Positions 49,001-61,812 are shown, counted from the first letter of the stretch. The stretch: 64,000 bases of DNA from Convolutriloba macropyga (GCF_964194025.1 NC_134473.1:16430001-16494000); one strand, 5' to 3'. A program made the numbers and translations. The notes: generated by a model from the sequence alone, not told the origin.

Positions 49001-52000
49001 CTTTTCATTTGAAATCTTAAAAATGAACAAATTAATCCACCTAACTAGCTATCGGAACAGAAACATAATCAACAAACTTTAGGAGAATTACAGACTGTCC
49101 GGGGGTAACTACATTCACTAATGGGGCTTCAAATGAAGTTATTAGAGGTTATTATATACCACTATAACCACCAGGACCGGTCCAAAATTACAAATCAAAG
49201 AACTAAGTAAACAGAGGACTATCAGCCTCCTTGTAAGAACAACCTCCTTATAAGAACGCTATCAGCCTCCTTATAAGAACAGCCTCCGACAATGAAGTCA
49301 TAAACAAAGACGTCCGCGAAAGTAAACAACACTACAAAAATCTAAAAACAAAATTATTTCCTTTCAGGACTATCAAAGCTATCATGTCCAACAACATCAA
49401 TTCCGAACGCCCTAGACATAGTGTGAGTCTAGACAGCAAACGTCAACTTTATAGACCCAACCACTGAGAGGCAAAGTAAAACGACAACAAACATTTGGCA
49501 AAAACCTGTTAATACGATTTCATTGAAATTAAGTGACATCAAAGCTATGAAACATGCCAAAAAAATCCGAACTCTTTAACTTCTTTCGCAAACTCTAAAG
49601 ATGGAAAGAAAATACCAACTTCAATTAAAACAAAATAAAAAACGGGGGACCACGCAGCAAAAGTAGCAACAAATGCAGAAAACAATCAAAAATTTGAAAA
49701 CAAAAATGGTCAGAGTCAATAAAATATTAGCAGATAACTAAAACCCTTGAAAAGATTCAATTAAGCTTAATTAAAAAACAAATGAGACCTGTTTCTAATG
49801 ACTAGCATAAACGGGCAAAATCCAAAACAACTTAACTATTTTTTAAAACAAGTCCAGCCAAATTGGTTAAGACTGTTAACTATTAAACAATTAAATAGAT
49901 TCAAGTATGACTTATTAGTGAACCTGGAAATATTGCATTTGAGAGACTAAAATACAGAACAAACAAAACAACTACGCAAAATCTAAAAAAATAAGTAAAA
50001 ATATTTAGAAACCAAGTCGTTTCAGGTTTGTTTAAACCTAGTTTTGAATGAAAAATTAGAATAATCAATTTGAATAAACTTCAATAGAGAGCCATCAAGA
50101 ACCCTCACTAATAAGACAAGATATAAAAACCACAAAACTACGAAAAGAAGCAAAATCCAAAAGATTACACTTATATTTTATGAAGATAAAGAGCCCCAAT
50201 GTCTAGAAAACTATTAGTTGCCTTTTGTTTGGTTTAAACAACTGCAATTATGCACTATTAGAACACACGAATTACCTTCCAGAAGTATTCGTACAGAAGG
50301 CGAAGAGAAAAGAGCAAAAACAGTCAAATATCCACTCGTGAAAAAAAGTCTTCCAAAAACAAAAAAAAAATCTGTTTTAACATCTTTTTCTTAACTGACT
50401 TCAAAGCAATTTGAAACAATGTCACGCCTTATAACTTATCGTTTTTCACTCTTCTTGCTACTTCAGCGCGACTAAAATCACAACTCCAATTTGAGTTCTC
50501 ATTGACAAGAAAATGTCAAAAAGTGTGAAAAGAGCTTTAAAAAAACAGCGCACCAATACAATTCGAATTCTTTGCATTGTGATACAAACATCAATGTCGG
50601 CACACTTTTCACTTGAATTTTAGTATTGTTTCGGCCCCACTTCAGTTCAACTGCTGACACTTGTTAATTAGAGAAATTTCGATCACGCAAAACGAAGAAG
50701 TCAAGGTCGTAAAGTCACCCGAACAGTCATGCAGAAATTGTGCATAAAAAACTATGCGGTAGAATACCGAGAACGACTCAAAGAGTCGTGCAATAAACAT
50801 TCTTAACGCACTCTGCCTATTTCAAAAATATCGCAAAAACCCTGCCAATATCCGAAATAGCGACAAAAACCATAACGATACCAGAATCACCGAAAAAGAA
50901 AACAAACAAAGCAATGTAAAAATAGAAATGACCATTTTTTTTGTCAAGAATGAGGTTAGGAGTGTGTGTAGGTGGTGTTAGGTGGGGAGAGGGGTAGTTG
51001 TGATGGGTTGGGATAGGTACGATGGCCTTATATAGGATCCAAAAATCTCAAAATAACCTTGAATATTACCAGCGGTTCCTCATTACTATACATTACAAGC
51101 TAATCTACTGGTAATATCCAATGTTGGAAAACAGAAGTGTAATTTTCAAAAAGTGGTAAATAATCGACAAGGAAGAAGTCAAAATTCAGGTCATGAAAAA
51201 ATTTGCTTCAGCTAAAAACCTGTCTAATACCAATATTCTTTTAGTCATACAAAGACCAACAACTTTACTAACTCAAACTGCTTCAAATTGAATAGAAAAA
51301 TTGAATTGTCAAAACTTTGGCAGATCAAAGTTGAAAAATATCAACAACTTGATAATGCTACTGTGAATGAAATTAAAACAAAACTTGTACGTCTAAACCT
51401 GCCCTAATAATTCCGAAGCGGTACATTACCTTGAGTATTTGTTTTAACTAGTACTCAAGGTTTGTTTTAACTAGTATTTGTTTTAACTAGTATTTTCACT
51501 CACTAAGGAGCATCTGCGGAGCTCTTGATAATAATAAATCCAAGACAAAAGTTAATAGCTGTATTAGGGCTGCTGTACTTAATTATAATAGAGGGAAGTT
51601 TAGCGCAAAAGCATATCGTGGTGCAAAAATAGAAAACCGCTTTTACAAAATCCAATCTAAATTTTTCTCTTAAGGAGCACCCGGATAACCTACCATGTAA
51701 ACTGCTTTTTCCAGTAGAAATTCACAATTCGCCACTGATTTAATTCTAATGGAGAATGTGTGGTCTTCGGCTGCTTAAATGAATAATGAGTTTTCTACTT
51801 GTGGACAATCGAAATTGCACTAAAAAAAATCCTCGTTCAAATTAGGAAATTTTTGTTAAATTAGCATTCAGAACATTAATTCTTAAATGTTTTGCTACAA
51901 CAGTCCTCGACATAAAAGGTACTGCTGTGAGCTTTTCGCATTCGAGATATTTTACCGGAACACAACTGCAAATCAATGTTCACACCAAAATTAACAACAG

Positions 52001-52765
52001 CAAAAACAATTCATAAAAAAAACTGATCAAGCCCGTTTTCAATGAAGACATTTTCCGTTACGTAGCCCATCAAAGATAAACAATTTAAAGTAACGTCAAA
52101 TTATTTACGCCTTCTATAGAACAAAGCACATAATCCAAACCTTTGTATAACAGAAAAATTGTATAACAGAAAAATAACAGAACCTTTGTAAAACAGAAAC
52201 AACCATGTTGTTGGTTATTTTAGTATTCCCGCCGTTGGTTTCTACTCAAGTTCTGCTAGTTGAAAGAGGGAAGAATTGTGTGTGCAAAGTATGGAAAGCA
52301 TTTACTGGAAAAACCTCAAACTATGTGAACTTATAATCTGATACTGTTTTCAGGACTTCAAAAATAACTTTGTATTTTTCTTCAAACCAATCACTCAGAT
52401 CAATCTCAGACTTGCTAAGTCTCGTTTACCCGTCATTTAATAATACGTTTTTGCATATTCGTGATGTTCTAGTACTTAATGGCTTAAGATGCAAAATTTA
52501 CGCTATTAAAAAGTTAGTTTACAAAATTTAGTTCAAATTTTCTTCAGTATTGGTTCGATTTTTTTTTCAAATTTTATTATGCAGAAAATCAAAAAGTATT
52601 TTTTCGCTTATAATGACTAGTTCAATTAATTTTGTGAAAATCAGCTTTGCTGGCTTCCTTTTTTGCCTAAATTTTTAGAGGAAAACCATTTTTTCAATTA
52701 AAACCTCGTTTTCCTAGCAAACACGAAGCTCAAAAATATAATTGCTTAAATACAAATGAAATTCA

Positions 52766-54192
52766 AAACATAGACGGCAGATTGCCGGAAAATAGCCACC
52801 GTTGACGCGCTTGATGCACATCGGGATTGAAACAGAAAAAAAAGATGAATTGGCCGAATTTTTCTGTTTTTTTTAGTGTCAAAAATTCTTCTAATTTAGC
52901 GCGCAGTTTCAGTTGGATGCTAAAACTATACTTAATTCAGCTTCTAAACTGAAAGCTAATAAGCTAGCAAACACTCTAATGAACTTTGATAACCTAATTC
53001 TCAATGACTTAACGACAGGGCTTTATCGGTTTACCCCGTTTCTTTCGATTTTGATCTTTCGATTGACTGCGTGAAAAAACTTTAAATCCTTGAAACAGTG
53101 AGTGAAGTAAGTCAGAAGTCAAATGTCAAAAGCGTGACTTATGTTAAACGATAAACGTGATCGAAAGGTAAAGCGAATTAAAAAAACATAGCAGGACAAG
53201 TCCTGACGTACAATTCAGAGAATGTTCATTGATTAAACAAAAAACTAGACCTAGTATGAGTGAATTGGGAAAACCATTAAAAAAAAATCAGGTAAAAAAA
53301 ACTAAAAATCAATGTCAAAAAGCCGCATGTGAACAAAAAACCACTAGCAAGAAAGAGAAATTTGGTTCAAACAAAAAACTACGCCTCGAATAAACTATGA
53401 ATGGATTTGAGGAACCATTTAGAAACATAACCAACTAAACGTCGGAGGAATTGCTCTCGAACGACTAGTGGGAGCTCTCAATGAATTGAAGCCTGCTTCA
53501 GTCGGGGGGGGGGGGGAGGGAGCTTAAATGGGACTAAGAAGTTCAATAGTGGGCTTCAAATAACCGCATTAGAGGTTAACATATAGCACTATTAAGATTT
53601 AAAGTAAAAAATGGCACACAAAAGTTTCGGCGCACTTTTCATTTGACTTTCAGTATTAAATTGCCGCCCATTGAGTTCAGCTGCTTGAATTTGTGATTGA
53701 GAGAGAACTTTAGATCACGCGAAACGCAAAAAGTCAAGGGCGTAAAAGTCACTCGAAAAGTCAAAATTGTCAAGCGAAAATTTTGCATAAAGAAGACGCA
53801 TACGTTTACAATAATTGCTATGAACTTCGTTCAAGAGCAATTAAAAAAATCCGATCCAAAAAACTGAAAAAGCAGTAAAAATTAAAGTGAAATTGCCGCA
53901 TGTGAACAAAACACCACTAGCAAGAAAGCGAAATTTTGTTCAAACACCGTTTTTTCACTCTACTTTAAAATGAGAGCGAAAAAATTTCACGCCACAAAAC
54001 CGCTCGCTTTTTCGCTCCACCTCCTGTTTCGACGTGACCAAAATCACTACTCCAATTTGACTTCAAAACCATGGAAATGTGTGAACAGATCTTTAAAAAA
54101 AGACAGCGCCCCAATACAATTCAAATTCTTTGAATAGTAAAAAAGGAGAGCGCCTAAATAAAAGCCGTTGAGAGGCTGACGGCGGCTATTAA
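52766..54192 (-). mobile_element. Family A two-module copy, interrupted by a family B element
   Basis: On -: TTAATAGCCGCCGTCAGCCTCTCAACGGCT start, internal CAGGACTTGTCCTGCTATG, terminal GGTGGCTATTTTCCGGCAATCTGCCGTCTATGTT. Confidence 0.7.
53429..53843 (-). mobile_element. Complete short family B element nested in family A
   Basis: On -: TAATTGCTCTTGAACGAAGTTCATAGCAATT ... CGTTCGAGAGCAATTCCTCCGACGTTTAGTTGGTT; inserted in a T-run. Confidence 0.7.
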
Positions 54193-55500
54193 CAAATAGC
54201 CGAGATTAGAACCACTTTACTGAGCTTCTAACATAATCCAAACTCATCGGCCTGCCTCTCACTTAATGTAGGCTGAGGTTTCTCCTCATTTAACAACATT
54301 CAGAAACACTAAATCTCAGTTGATGAGTTTACCGAAGCAAAGCAAGAACAACTATTGGCATATCCATTTCAGTTTTCCCCAACGATTATCAGCTATTCGT
54401 TAGAGCAGAAAATAAAGCAGTTGTCGACGCGGACTGAGGTGAGTCAAACCGCTAAAAAACTTCCCATTACACAAATTTAATTTGCTCAGCAGCTTCGGTG
54501 ATTTGTACACATAGGGACTAGTCTAGTAAAGCTGTAAGAGCTGTTCGGTGGCTTAATGGCCTCCAGGATTTAATTATCCCGTTTTTGAGGACCGAAGGTC
54601 AAAAGCGTCAGTCGAAAAAACTCGAATTAAGAAAAAATCCCAGGACTAATATTATTGCTTAAAACTTTGAGAGCAATTAAAAACCTCAAAATATTGATTG
54701 ATCTTAGAAAGAGATGTTCTAACTTTGATTTATGAGAAACTTTTGCGCTTAAGGCAAAAATGTTCTTAAAAACTTAACCTCCACTACATAAGTGTGATGT
54801 CCTTAGTTGAAAGTCATAGAAGCATCCAAAAATCAAATTCAAAAGTGCTTTGTTACCTAAAAGCATTAGTTAGTACGATCCCCGAGATCAATGCCAATGC
54901 CATTCGTCAATGGAAATATGGAATGAACCAGTGGTCCAACAGCTGCTTCAACAAGATTGGTGCCAGCATTCGTTTCAACAAAATACACTTTTTGAAGAGA
55001 GCCTTTTCAATTTTCCACATACATTTTAATCTAATCCGAGTTACAAGAGGGCAATCAATTTTCAAGATACAAATTTTGTCTCTATATAGTTTGTCAGCAA
55101 AAAAAAGACTACGATTACATCAAAGTGCAGCCTGTTAAAGGGTGTGAAGTTCCTCAAAAATTAGATATTATCAATGGAAGAACGGTTTCCTTCTGCAGTT
55201 CTTCAACTAATGCAGTTCTAATGGATCTGCTATCATAGTGATCAGGTAAGCTCCCTAAGTTTTCTGATCTGGATCAAAGACGATCTGGATCAAAATCTTA
55301 TAAAATTTTCTGATTTGTATTAAAGTTAGTGTTTAATGTTATTTGTAGGACATTGTTTCAACAACTTACAACACAAACTCTGCTCAGACTTGATGAGTTG
55401 GTACCCAAGACACTGAGGCTGCCTATGCCTCTGGCATATAAGAAAATAGTGGTATGTTCAAATAATAAATTAAAATACTATTGAAAAAAATGGTATGCTC

Positions 55501-55683
55501 TCAACTGTTAGGAGTTTCTCTCATTAACCTCGCGAACTGTTCCTGTTTGGCCTTTCTTAAGTGGTAGAGACATCTTTGTGATTTATATTTTTTGATGAAA
55601 TTCTCTAAGCTCATGTCACTTTCACCAGAGAAGAGCTCTCGATTCAGTTTCTCGCAGTCTTCGTCTGCTTGCAACACCGCAAC
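55501..55683 (-). CDS. VPS37: VPS37 (ESCRT-I, Mod(r) domain) terminal exon
   Basis: Acceptor ATTACAG|55683; VAVLQADEDCEKLNRELFSGESDMSLENFIKKYKSQRCLYHLRKAKQEQFARLMRETPNS* matches the VPS37 C-terminal pattern (EEESE...F..GE..LE.F...F...R.L.HLR..K.E). Confidence 0.85.
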   Translation of the reverse strand, partial: VAVLQADEDCEKLNRELFSGESDMSLENFIKKYKSQRCLYHLRKAKQEQFARLMRETPNS

Positions 55684-56727
55684 CTGTAATGGAAATCAGC
55701 GTTTAACTTTATATTGAATGACTTGCACGTTCGATTGGATGAGCGAACCACACGCTCTTTTCATTATGGAACCGAATCGACTGCGTTGCTAGAAGTACAG
55801 TAGTTTCAAAGGATTTTTACACAACCGATTGTTAGCCCTCAACTTTTAACCAAATAATGCAACGAAAGTAAACTTTTAAAACATGGTTCGAACTAAAAAT
55901 TTAATGGATGCAAAAAATTAAGACAGAAATGATCTCTCGTGGAATACATATCGGCTCCTACATGAAAATAGACAAAAGAAAAAAGGAGATAAAGTCTCAT
56001 GGCAAAAAGTTAGCCCGAAAATCTGATGAAAAATTACCTGAATCCTCTCCGGAAAGATATCTCTAATAGAATTACTTGTTTGTACAAAGAGCATTCTCTT
56101 GGGCTTGCCGAAAAAATTCATTTTTATAAACCCCTTTCTGTAAATCTCAACAATTTCCAGTGTTTCTGAACAAAAATTTTTTATTGTTCTCATATTTTGA
56201 GAGAACATTATGCTATTTTTATGCCCACCTATTTGTTCAGACTTTCCGACTTTTGTGAGGGCATCCCAGAATAACATAGGTGGTAGCATGATGATGATCT
56301 TTACTTCTAGAATTTCACTACAAAAATACATTTCAAAAAATTTTTTGGAACAAATTCTTGAATAAATTTTAGCACTATTTCATGTGAATTTGGCCTTAAT
56401 TTTCATCAATTATGCAAAATTAAATTTCACTTCGACGATTTCAGATATCTAGCATTTTGTAGAGGTTATCTCAGAAAAAAATTACGTCAGGTTTTTGACA
56501 ATCTCAAAATCCGGAATTCAAAAACATTAAAACTGTTTTTACAAAAAAATTTAAGGCAAACTTTACGCCCATGTGATTTTTGAAGCTATTTCTTACAACT
56601 TCCATTTTCAGATCATTTCGCAAATTATTTGAGAACTTAGCAAAAAAGGCCAAATTTCATTGTCACAGATGGTTAATTAATCATGACAAATGCACAAAAA
56701 CAATGCAGATTAATCAAACCAAACTTC

Positions 56728-57947
56728 AAACATAGCCGGCAAATTGCCGGAAAATAGCCGCCGTAGACTCGCTTGAAGCATATTGGGATTGAAACCGAAA
56801 GAGAAATATAAGAGATAGAAAGTGAAAAAATTTTTCTGACTGTCAAAATTTTTTTAATTGTGCAAATTCAGCATGTTCGGTTAGATTCTAAAACAATTCG
56901 GCTTCTAAACTGAACGCTATTAAGCATACTACTAATGCCAGCTAGCAATCGTATTAATGAAATTTGATAACCTAATGCACTACGAATTAAAAACCGGGCT
57001 TTATATGCTAACTGTTTCTTTTGATCTTGCTCTTTTGACTTTGAACGTATTCACTACATAGCGTAATTCAATGCTTGGAAGAATTTAAAATCTATTCAGT
57101 TGAAACAGTGAGTGAGGTAAGTCAGAAGTTAAACGTGAAAATCGTGACTTATGTAAAAGGAAAAACGTGATCAGAAGGTAAAGCGAATTAAAAAACATAG
57201 CAGGACAAGCCCTGACGCACAGTTTAAAGAATTTTCATCGACTAAACAAACAACTAGAACTAGAACAGACTATGAGTGAACTGGGAAAACCAGTTCTCAA
57301 AAAAATCAGATCAAAAAAGTAAAAAAAAAAACAGAAAATCAATGTCAAAATTTGGCAGATGAACCAAAAACCACTAGCGAGAAATTGAAATTTGGTTCAA
57401 ACAAAAAACTAGTCCTAGAATGAACTATGAATGGATTGGGAAAACCGTTCAAAAAAAATGCGATCCAACAAATCGAACAGAAAAAATCAAAGTGAAATTT
57501 CCGCATGTGAACAAAAAACCACTAGCAAGAAAGAGAAATTAGTTTCAAACAAAAAACTAGGCCTCGAATAAACTACGAATGGATTTGAAAAACTATTTAA
57601 AAAAAACCGATCCAAAAAATTGAAAAAAACAGTAAAAATTAAAGTGAAATTGCCGCATGTGAACAAAAATCCACTAGCGAGAAAGCGAAATTTTGTTCAA
57701 ACACCATTTTCTCACTCTACTTTAAAATTCGAGCGAAAAATTTCACGCCGCAAAACCCCTCGCTTTTTCGCTCCACTTCCTGTTTCGGCGTGACCAAAAA
57801 TCACCACTCAAATTTGACTTCAAAACCATGAAAATGTGTGAACAGATCGTAAAAAAAGACAGCGCCCCAATACAATTCAAATTCTTTGAATTGTAAAAGG
57901 GAGAGCGCCTAAATAATAGCCATTGAGAGGCTTACAGCGGCTATTAA
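56728..57947 (-). mobile_element. Family A two-module copy in the VPS37 intron
   Basis: On -: TTAATAGCCGCTGTAAGCCTCTCAATGGCTATT start and a perfect 3' end GGCGGCTATTTTCCGGCAATTTGCCGGCTATGTT. Confidence 0.75.
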
Positions 57948-58118
57948 AAAGCCTTTACGACTACAACTGTAGACTGCTTTTGAATGCTTTCTGTAGACTA
58001 CAACAAGGATTGTTTTCATTCTAGGACGGGGAAGTCGTGAAAAAAAACGTTTCCTGCCCGTCGCTTATCTCTATCGTCCAGCTTCAAGAAGCCAAGCATC
58101 ATCAAAAATTATTAATAC

Positions 58119-58310
58119 CTGTAAATTATAGTATTGAGATTCTGGACCCAATGAGTCTATTGCACTGTTCAGCTTGTGCTGTAACTCGGTCACCTCTTTC
58201 GACATCCTTTCAATTGTCTGCACTGCTGCCAGGAGCTGTGCACTGCGCTCGGATAGAACAGACTCAAGACCAATGTTGTAATTGGCTTCATCTCGTGTTT
58301 GCTCAATCAA
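58119..58310 (-). CDS. VPS37: VPS37 penultimate exon (coiled coil)
   Basis: Acceptor TTGTTTAG|58310 and donor CAG|GTATTA, phase 0. LIEQTRDEANYNIGLESVL...LGPESQYYNLQ joins in frame to the terminal exon. Upstream exon(s) not found. Confidence 0.8.
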
Positions 58311-59849
58311 CTAAACAAATCTCAGCCCGTTATCTTATCCATTTCTTATCCATTGTAACATCAAAATCATCTTAACATTGAACAATATTATAGCGTTTTG
58401 ACTTGCCCATGAACAAGTGGAGAACAAAGGTGAGTAGGAAAGAACGAGCAAAAATTATCGATCCGGCTCGAGAAGTTGAACAAAAGTATCTGCACCCAAC
58501 AAAAACGAACTCGACAAAAACAAACCAACGATGCAAAATTTGCAAAAAAAAATTAACAGAAATATAATTATCGAGTCGTAGAAATTGACAGATAGTCGAT
58601 TGACTTCCAATAAATATTTTAATTGAACTCGAAGGCTGTGGTAATGTGCGTTCGCAGATTGACCCGATCCTCTCTCGGTAGCGCGAATAAAGCACAAAGG
58701 AAAACATAAGTGTTGGCAACTTCAGATGAGGCTGACATTATAAATCAGATTTTGCGAATTATTTGAAAAGAGTGCCACCAGAACCTGTTTCATTCTTATA
58801 AAATGAAAAAGACCCAAAAAGATTACAAACGCTATTGTTTCACGTAGCGATCTTCGAAGTTTCACCCGAAATCCGTTTTCAGAAAGTCTAACAAACTCAT
58901 TTTTATTTCATTGCGATAAAGAATTAAACGAAAACAAGAATTACACAAAATCTACAAATTTTTAGCTTGCAGACAAAACTATACATCAATTGAGAATTTG
59001 CAGATTAGTAGTAGATGACACTGTTAAGCATTAAATACAGGGGGTAGGGGTATATTTGCACTTTTTGGCCAAAAAAATCATTTTTCCGAAAATCTGTGGA
59101 ACTGTTCTTAGGGCTATGGGAAAATCAATTTTGTGGGGACAATTTTTTCAACTTATCGCCTAGTCGACACATTGAGAAAAATGTATGACTTTACTCTTCG
59201 CTTTTGTAAATGAGGCCGCCCTTTATGCATCGCGATTGTTACAGTCGCTTTAAGTTGTGTTGTTTGTTTAGTGTTGCAGTTATTCAGAGCTCATTGAGAA
59301 GCAGTTTAATAACAAACAGGAGGGGTACATTTGGTCAAAACTGATAAGATGTAAATTTTCGTCCTTTATTTCGCGAAAAAATCAGATTAACCAAATTAAT
59401 TTTTTATTCAAAATGTCATGGGGTTATAGGAGGTGAAACGTCTTTTTCGTTTGTGTAAATATTGCCGCATTTTATGACTGGTTATGGCTACAGACGAGTT
59501 AATGTGGCTTGCTAGTTTAGCGTGACAGTTGTTCAGGGCACATGAAGCTGTGTAAGTGTCAGTAACTGACATGAGGTGGACACCACATGATCAAAATTGA
59601 TTGGATGTGTAATTTCTTCCCCCTAGTAATTTAGTGCAAAAAAATCAGTTGTTCCAAAAGTCTTTTGCAAATTTTTCCAAGGGTTATCTGAGGTGAAGAA
59701 CAGATCAAGTTGCGGGGATAAAAAAAGCTTTATGAATTTCTGCGCATTCGATTCATTGAGAAATCATGTCAAGATCACCCCTTCTCAAACAAATATCGCC
59801 GCCGTCCATGCTTAGTTAACGCAATAACAGTTTTATTGAGGGCTGTATG

Positions 59850-60285
59850 CAGTAGTAGTAGTAATGCAGGATTTAGAGTATGACTCTTGGGTTTCCACCC
59901 GATTTACAGTTCAGATCAGTTTTATCTTGTTTAGTATGTTGCAGTTTCTACATCTGCAAATCACCCTCCATGTGCATTTGTTCTTTTCCACATAATGATT
60001 TTTGAAAAATTCCAGTATATTTTCTGTAAAGTAAATTTGTAGAAGTAGTTTCGCAACTCTAAAAACGTAGTTGAAGAGCAACTTCGTCCTTCTAAAAAAG
60101 TTGTCGTTAGTTTTGTTAATTCTCGCTTTTGTGATTCCATATTCACCCCGTTCAGTCTGACGTGGTTCTACTGCTTCTTCAATATCGTTAATATCTACAT
60201 CATAATCCCCTCGAATAATGGATAATAGAACCAAAAGATCGTGCACTTCCACATAGAGACTCAGTGTATAGAGTGAAAGTTGCAT
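59850..60285 (-). mobile_element. 3' fragment of a CR1/L2-group LINE with (ACT)n tail
   Basis: LSLYVEVHDLLVLLSIIRGDYDVDI...NDNFFRRTKLLFN resembles the C-terminus of LINE RT ORFs; followed by a short UTR and TACTACTACTACT on -. Confidence 0.65.
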
Positions 60286-61276
60286 GCCCCACTGAGAAGC
60301 AAGTTAAACTCTTATCAATAAAATAAGAGTATTATACAAACATCAGCTGAGAAAACTGTAATTACCCAAAATTACCGAAATTACAAGAAACAAAGGAACT
60401 AAGATGATGACGTATATATTCAAAAAAGTATTCATTACAAACACCTTTTCGTACTGTCATGAATTTGATGTTGGTATTGCGGAGCCAAAATATCAATGTG
60501 CATGCAAAATTCAAAATCTGTTAAAATTTTTGCGTGAGAATAGCAGGTAATCCGTAAAAAAGCGAATTAAAGTAGTCAAGCCGTGAAAGAATCGTTGCCC
60601 TCACCAACTCAATACGTACACCTTATCAACTGAAGATCTAATTTTGGAGGAATAGTTTTGTTTGACGATTGAAAACCACGGCATAATTTTTAAACATTTC
60701 TCTGAATGTGCAATTTCAAAAGCTTTGAAACTTTGGCTGTGGTTTTCTGTTCCTGCTCCTATTTCAGGAAGTTCTTGTGATTATTAGCCTGATACCTAAA
60801 ACTCGATAAATTTTAACCAAATGACCAACCTCGTTACCGAAATTTGGAACTTTTCCGCTTACGCCCACGATACGTTATAATCCCTCAGATACAGAGCACG
60901 CCCCATTATATAGCAAATAATCATATAAAAATATGACACGTGCGACTGGTGGGTGGGTGTGGGGAAGGGGGTGCAAATAATATGCCCCCACTAAGCTGGT
61001 GAGTACAAACGGAAAAGATTCCAAATCTACCACTTTGTTGTCCTTATAAACTTATTAAATAGCGTTTGATATTAATTAAGTTAGTTCTTCAGATCTTGTT
61101 TTGACCATTCAGTGAGGGGACCCGTAACAGAGCACACCCTGAGACATCCGTCAGGCATCAATATCACCAGATTGTTTCTTTTCATAGCATATTTTTCAAT
61201 TGTTTCATAAGTGAATATTCAAAAAATCCATTTGATCATTTGTTTTCCATGTATTGTCATAGTCTTTCTTAGGTGA

Positions 61277-61812
61277 ATGTTGACTCCGCACTTCAAGTCG
61301 AAGAGAATTTCAGGCTTCTCAAGCAGATTCGTTATCGGAACATCGCCGACAAAGTACCGGGACCATAAGCAGACAAAGGCGACCATACAGTCCTTCAGAG
61401 GTGCTACCCTTGATGATTCGACCAGAACTCTTCAAAAGTATAGTCCAAAGAAACAACACACTGTAACTGTCATTGCTGGTTTTAATGATCACGACGCAAG
61501 CGCAAATGACTTTTCAAATAACTGGAAAACTATTAAACACAATTATTGACAAATTTCATCCACGATTCATCTTTGTACCAAAAACTATTGGCTCCTCGAT
61601 TAATCGTTTTTATAAATAATCAAACTAATAATCCAAATTATGTTCTTTATAAATTAATTGGTAGTTTTATTCATCCAACCATTCAAATTGTGTCCCCATA
61701 CTTCAATCTCCCTTTTAATCACTTCTGTAAAGATGGTATACATTTCTCTTTCTATGGTAACCATGTGTTTGCGTGTTATTTAACCCACATGTTTGAATTC
61801 TTCACTCGTTAG
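61277..61812 (+). pseudogene. Frameshifted SGNH/GDSL esterase-like ORF (retroelement ORF1-like)
   Basis: Block I FVIGTS, block II SFRGAT, block III IAGFND and block V KDGIHFSFYG, across two overlapping ORFs (frameshift at ~61545). Confidence 0.7.

Noticed and set aside
49385-50100. Coding-like A-rich stretch (and its inverted copy at ~42050-42870)
   Set aside because: Many stops in both copies and no recognisable motif; cannot be assigned.
58372-58900. Candidate VPS37 first exon(s) or short ORFs
   Set aside because: No segment combines a phase-0 donor with VPS37 N-terminal similarity, so the 5' exon is left unassigned.
59036-59790. Possible TIR DNA transposon starting TACAGGGGGTAGGGG
   Set aside because: No convincing matching inverted end was found in the window.
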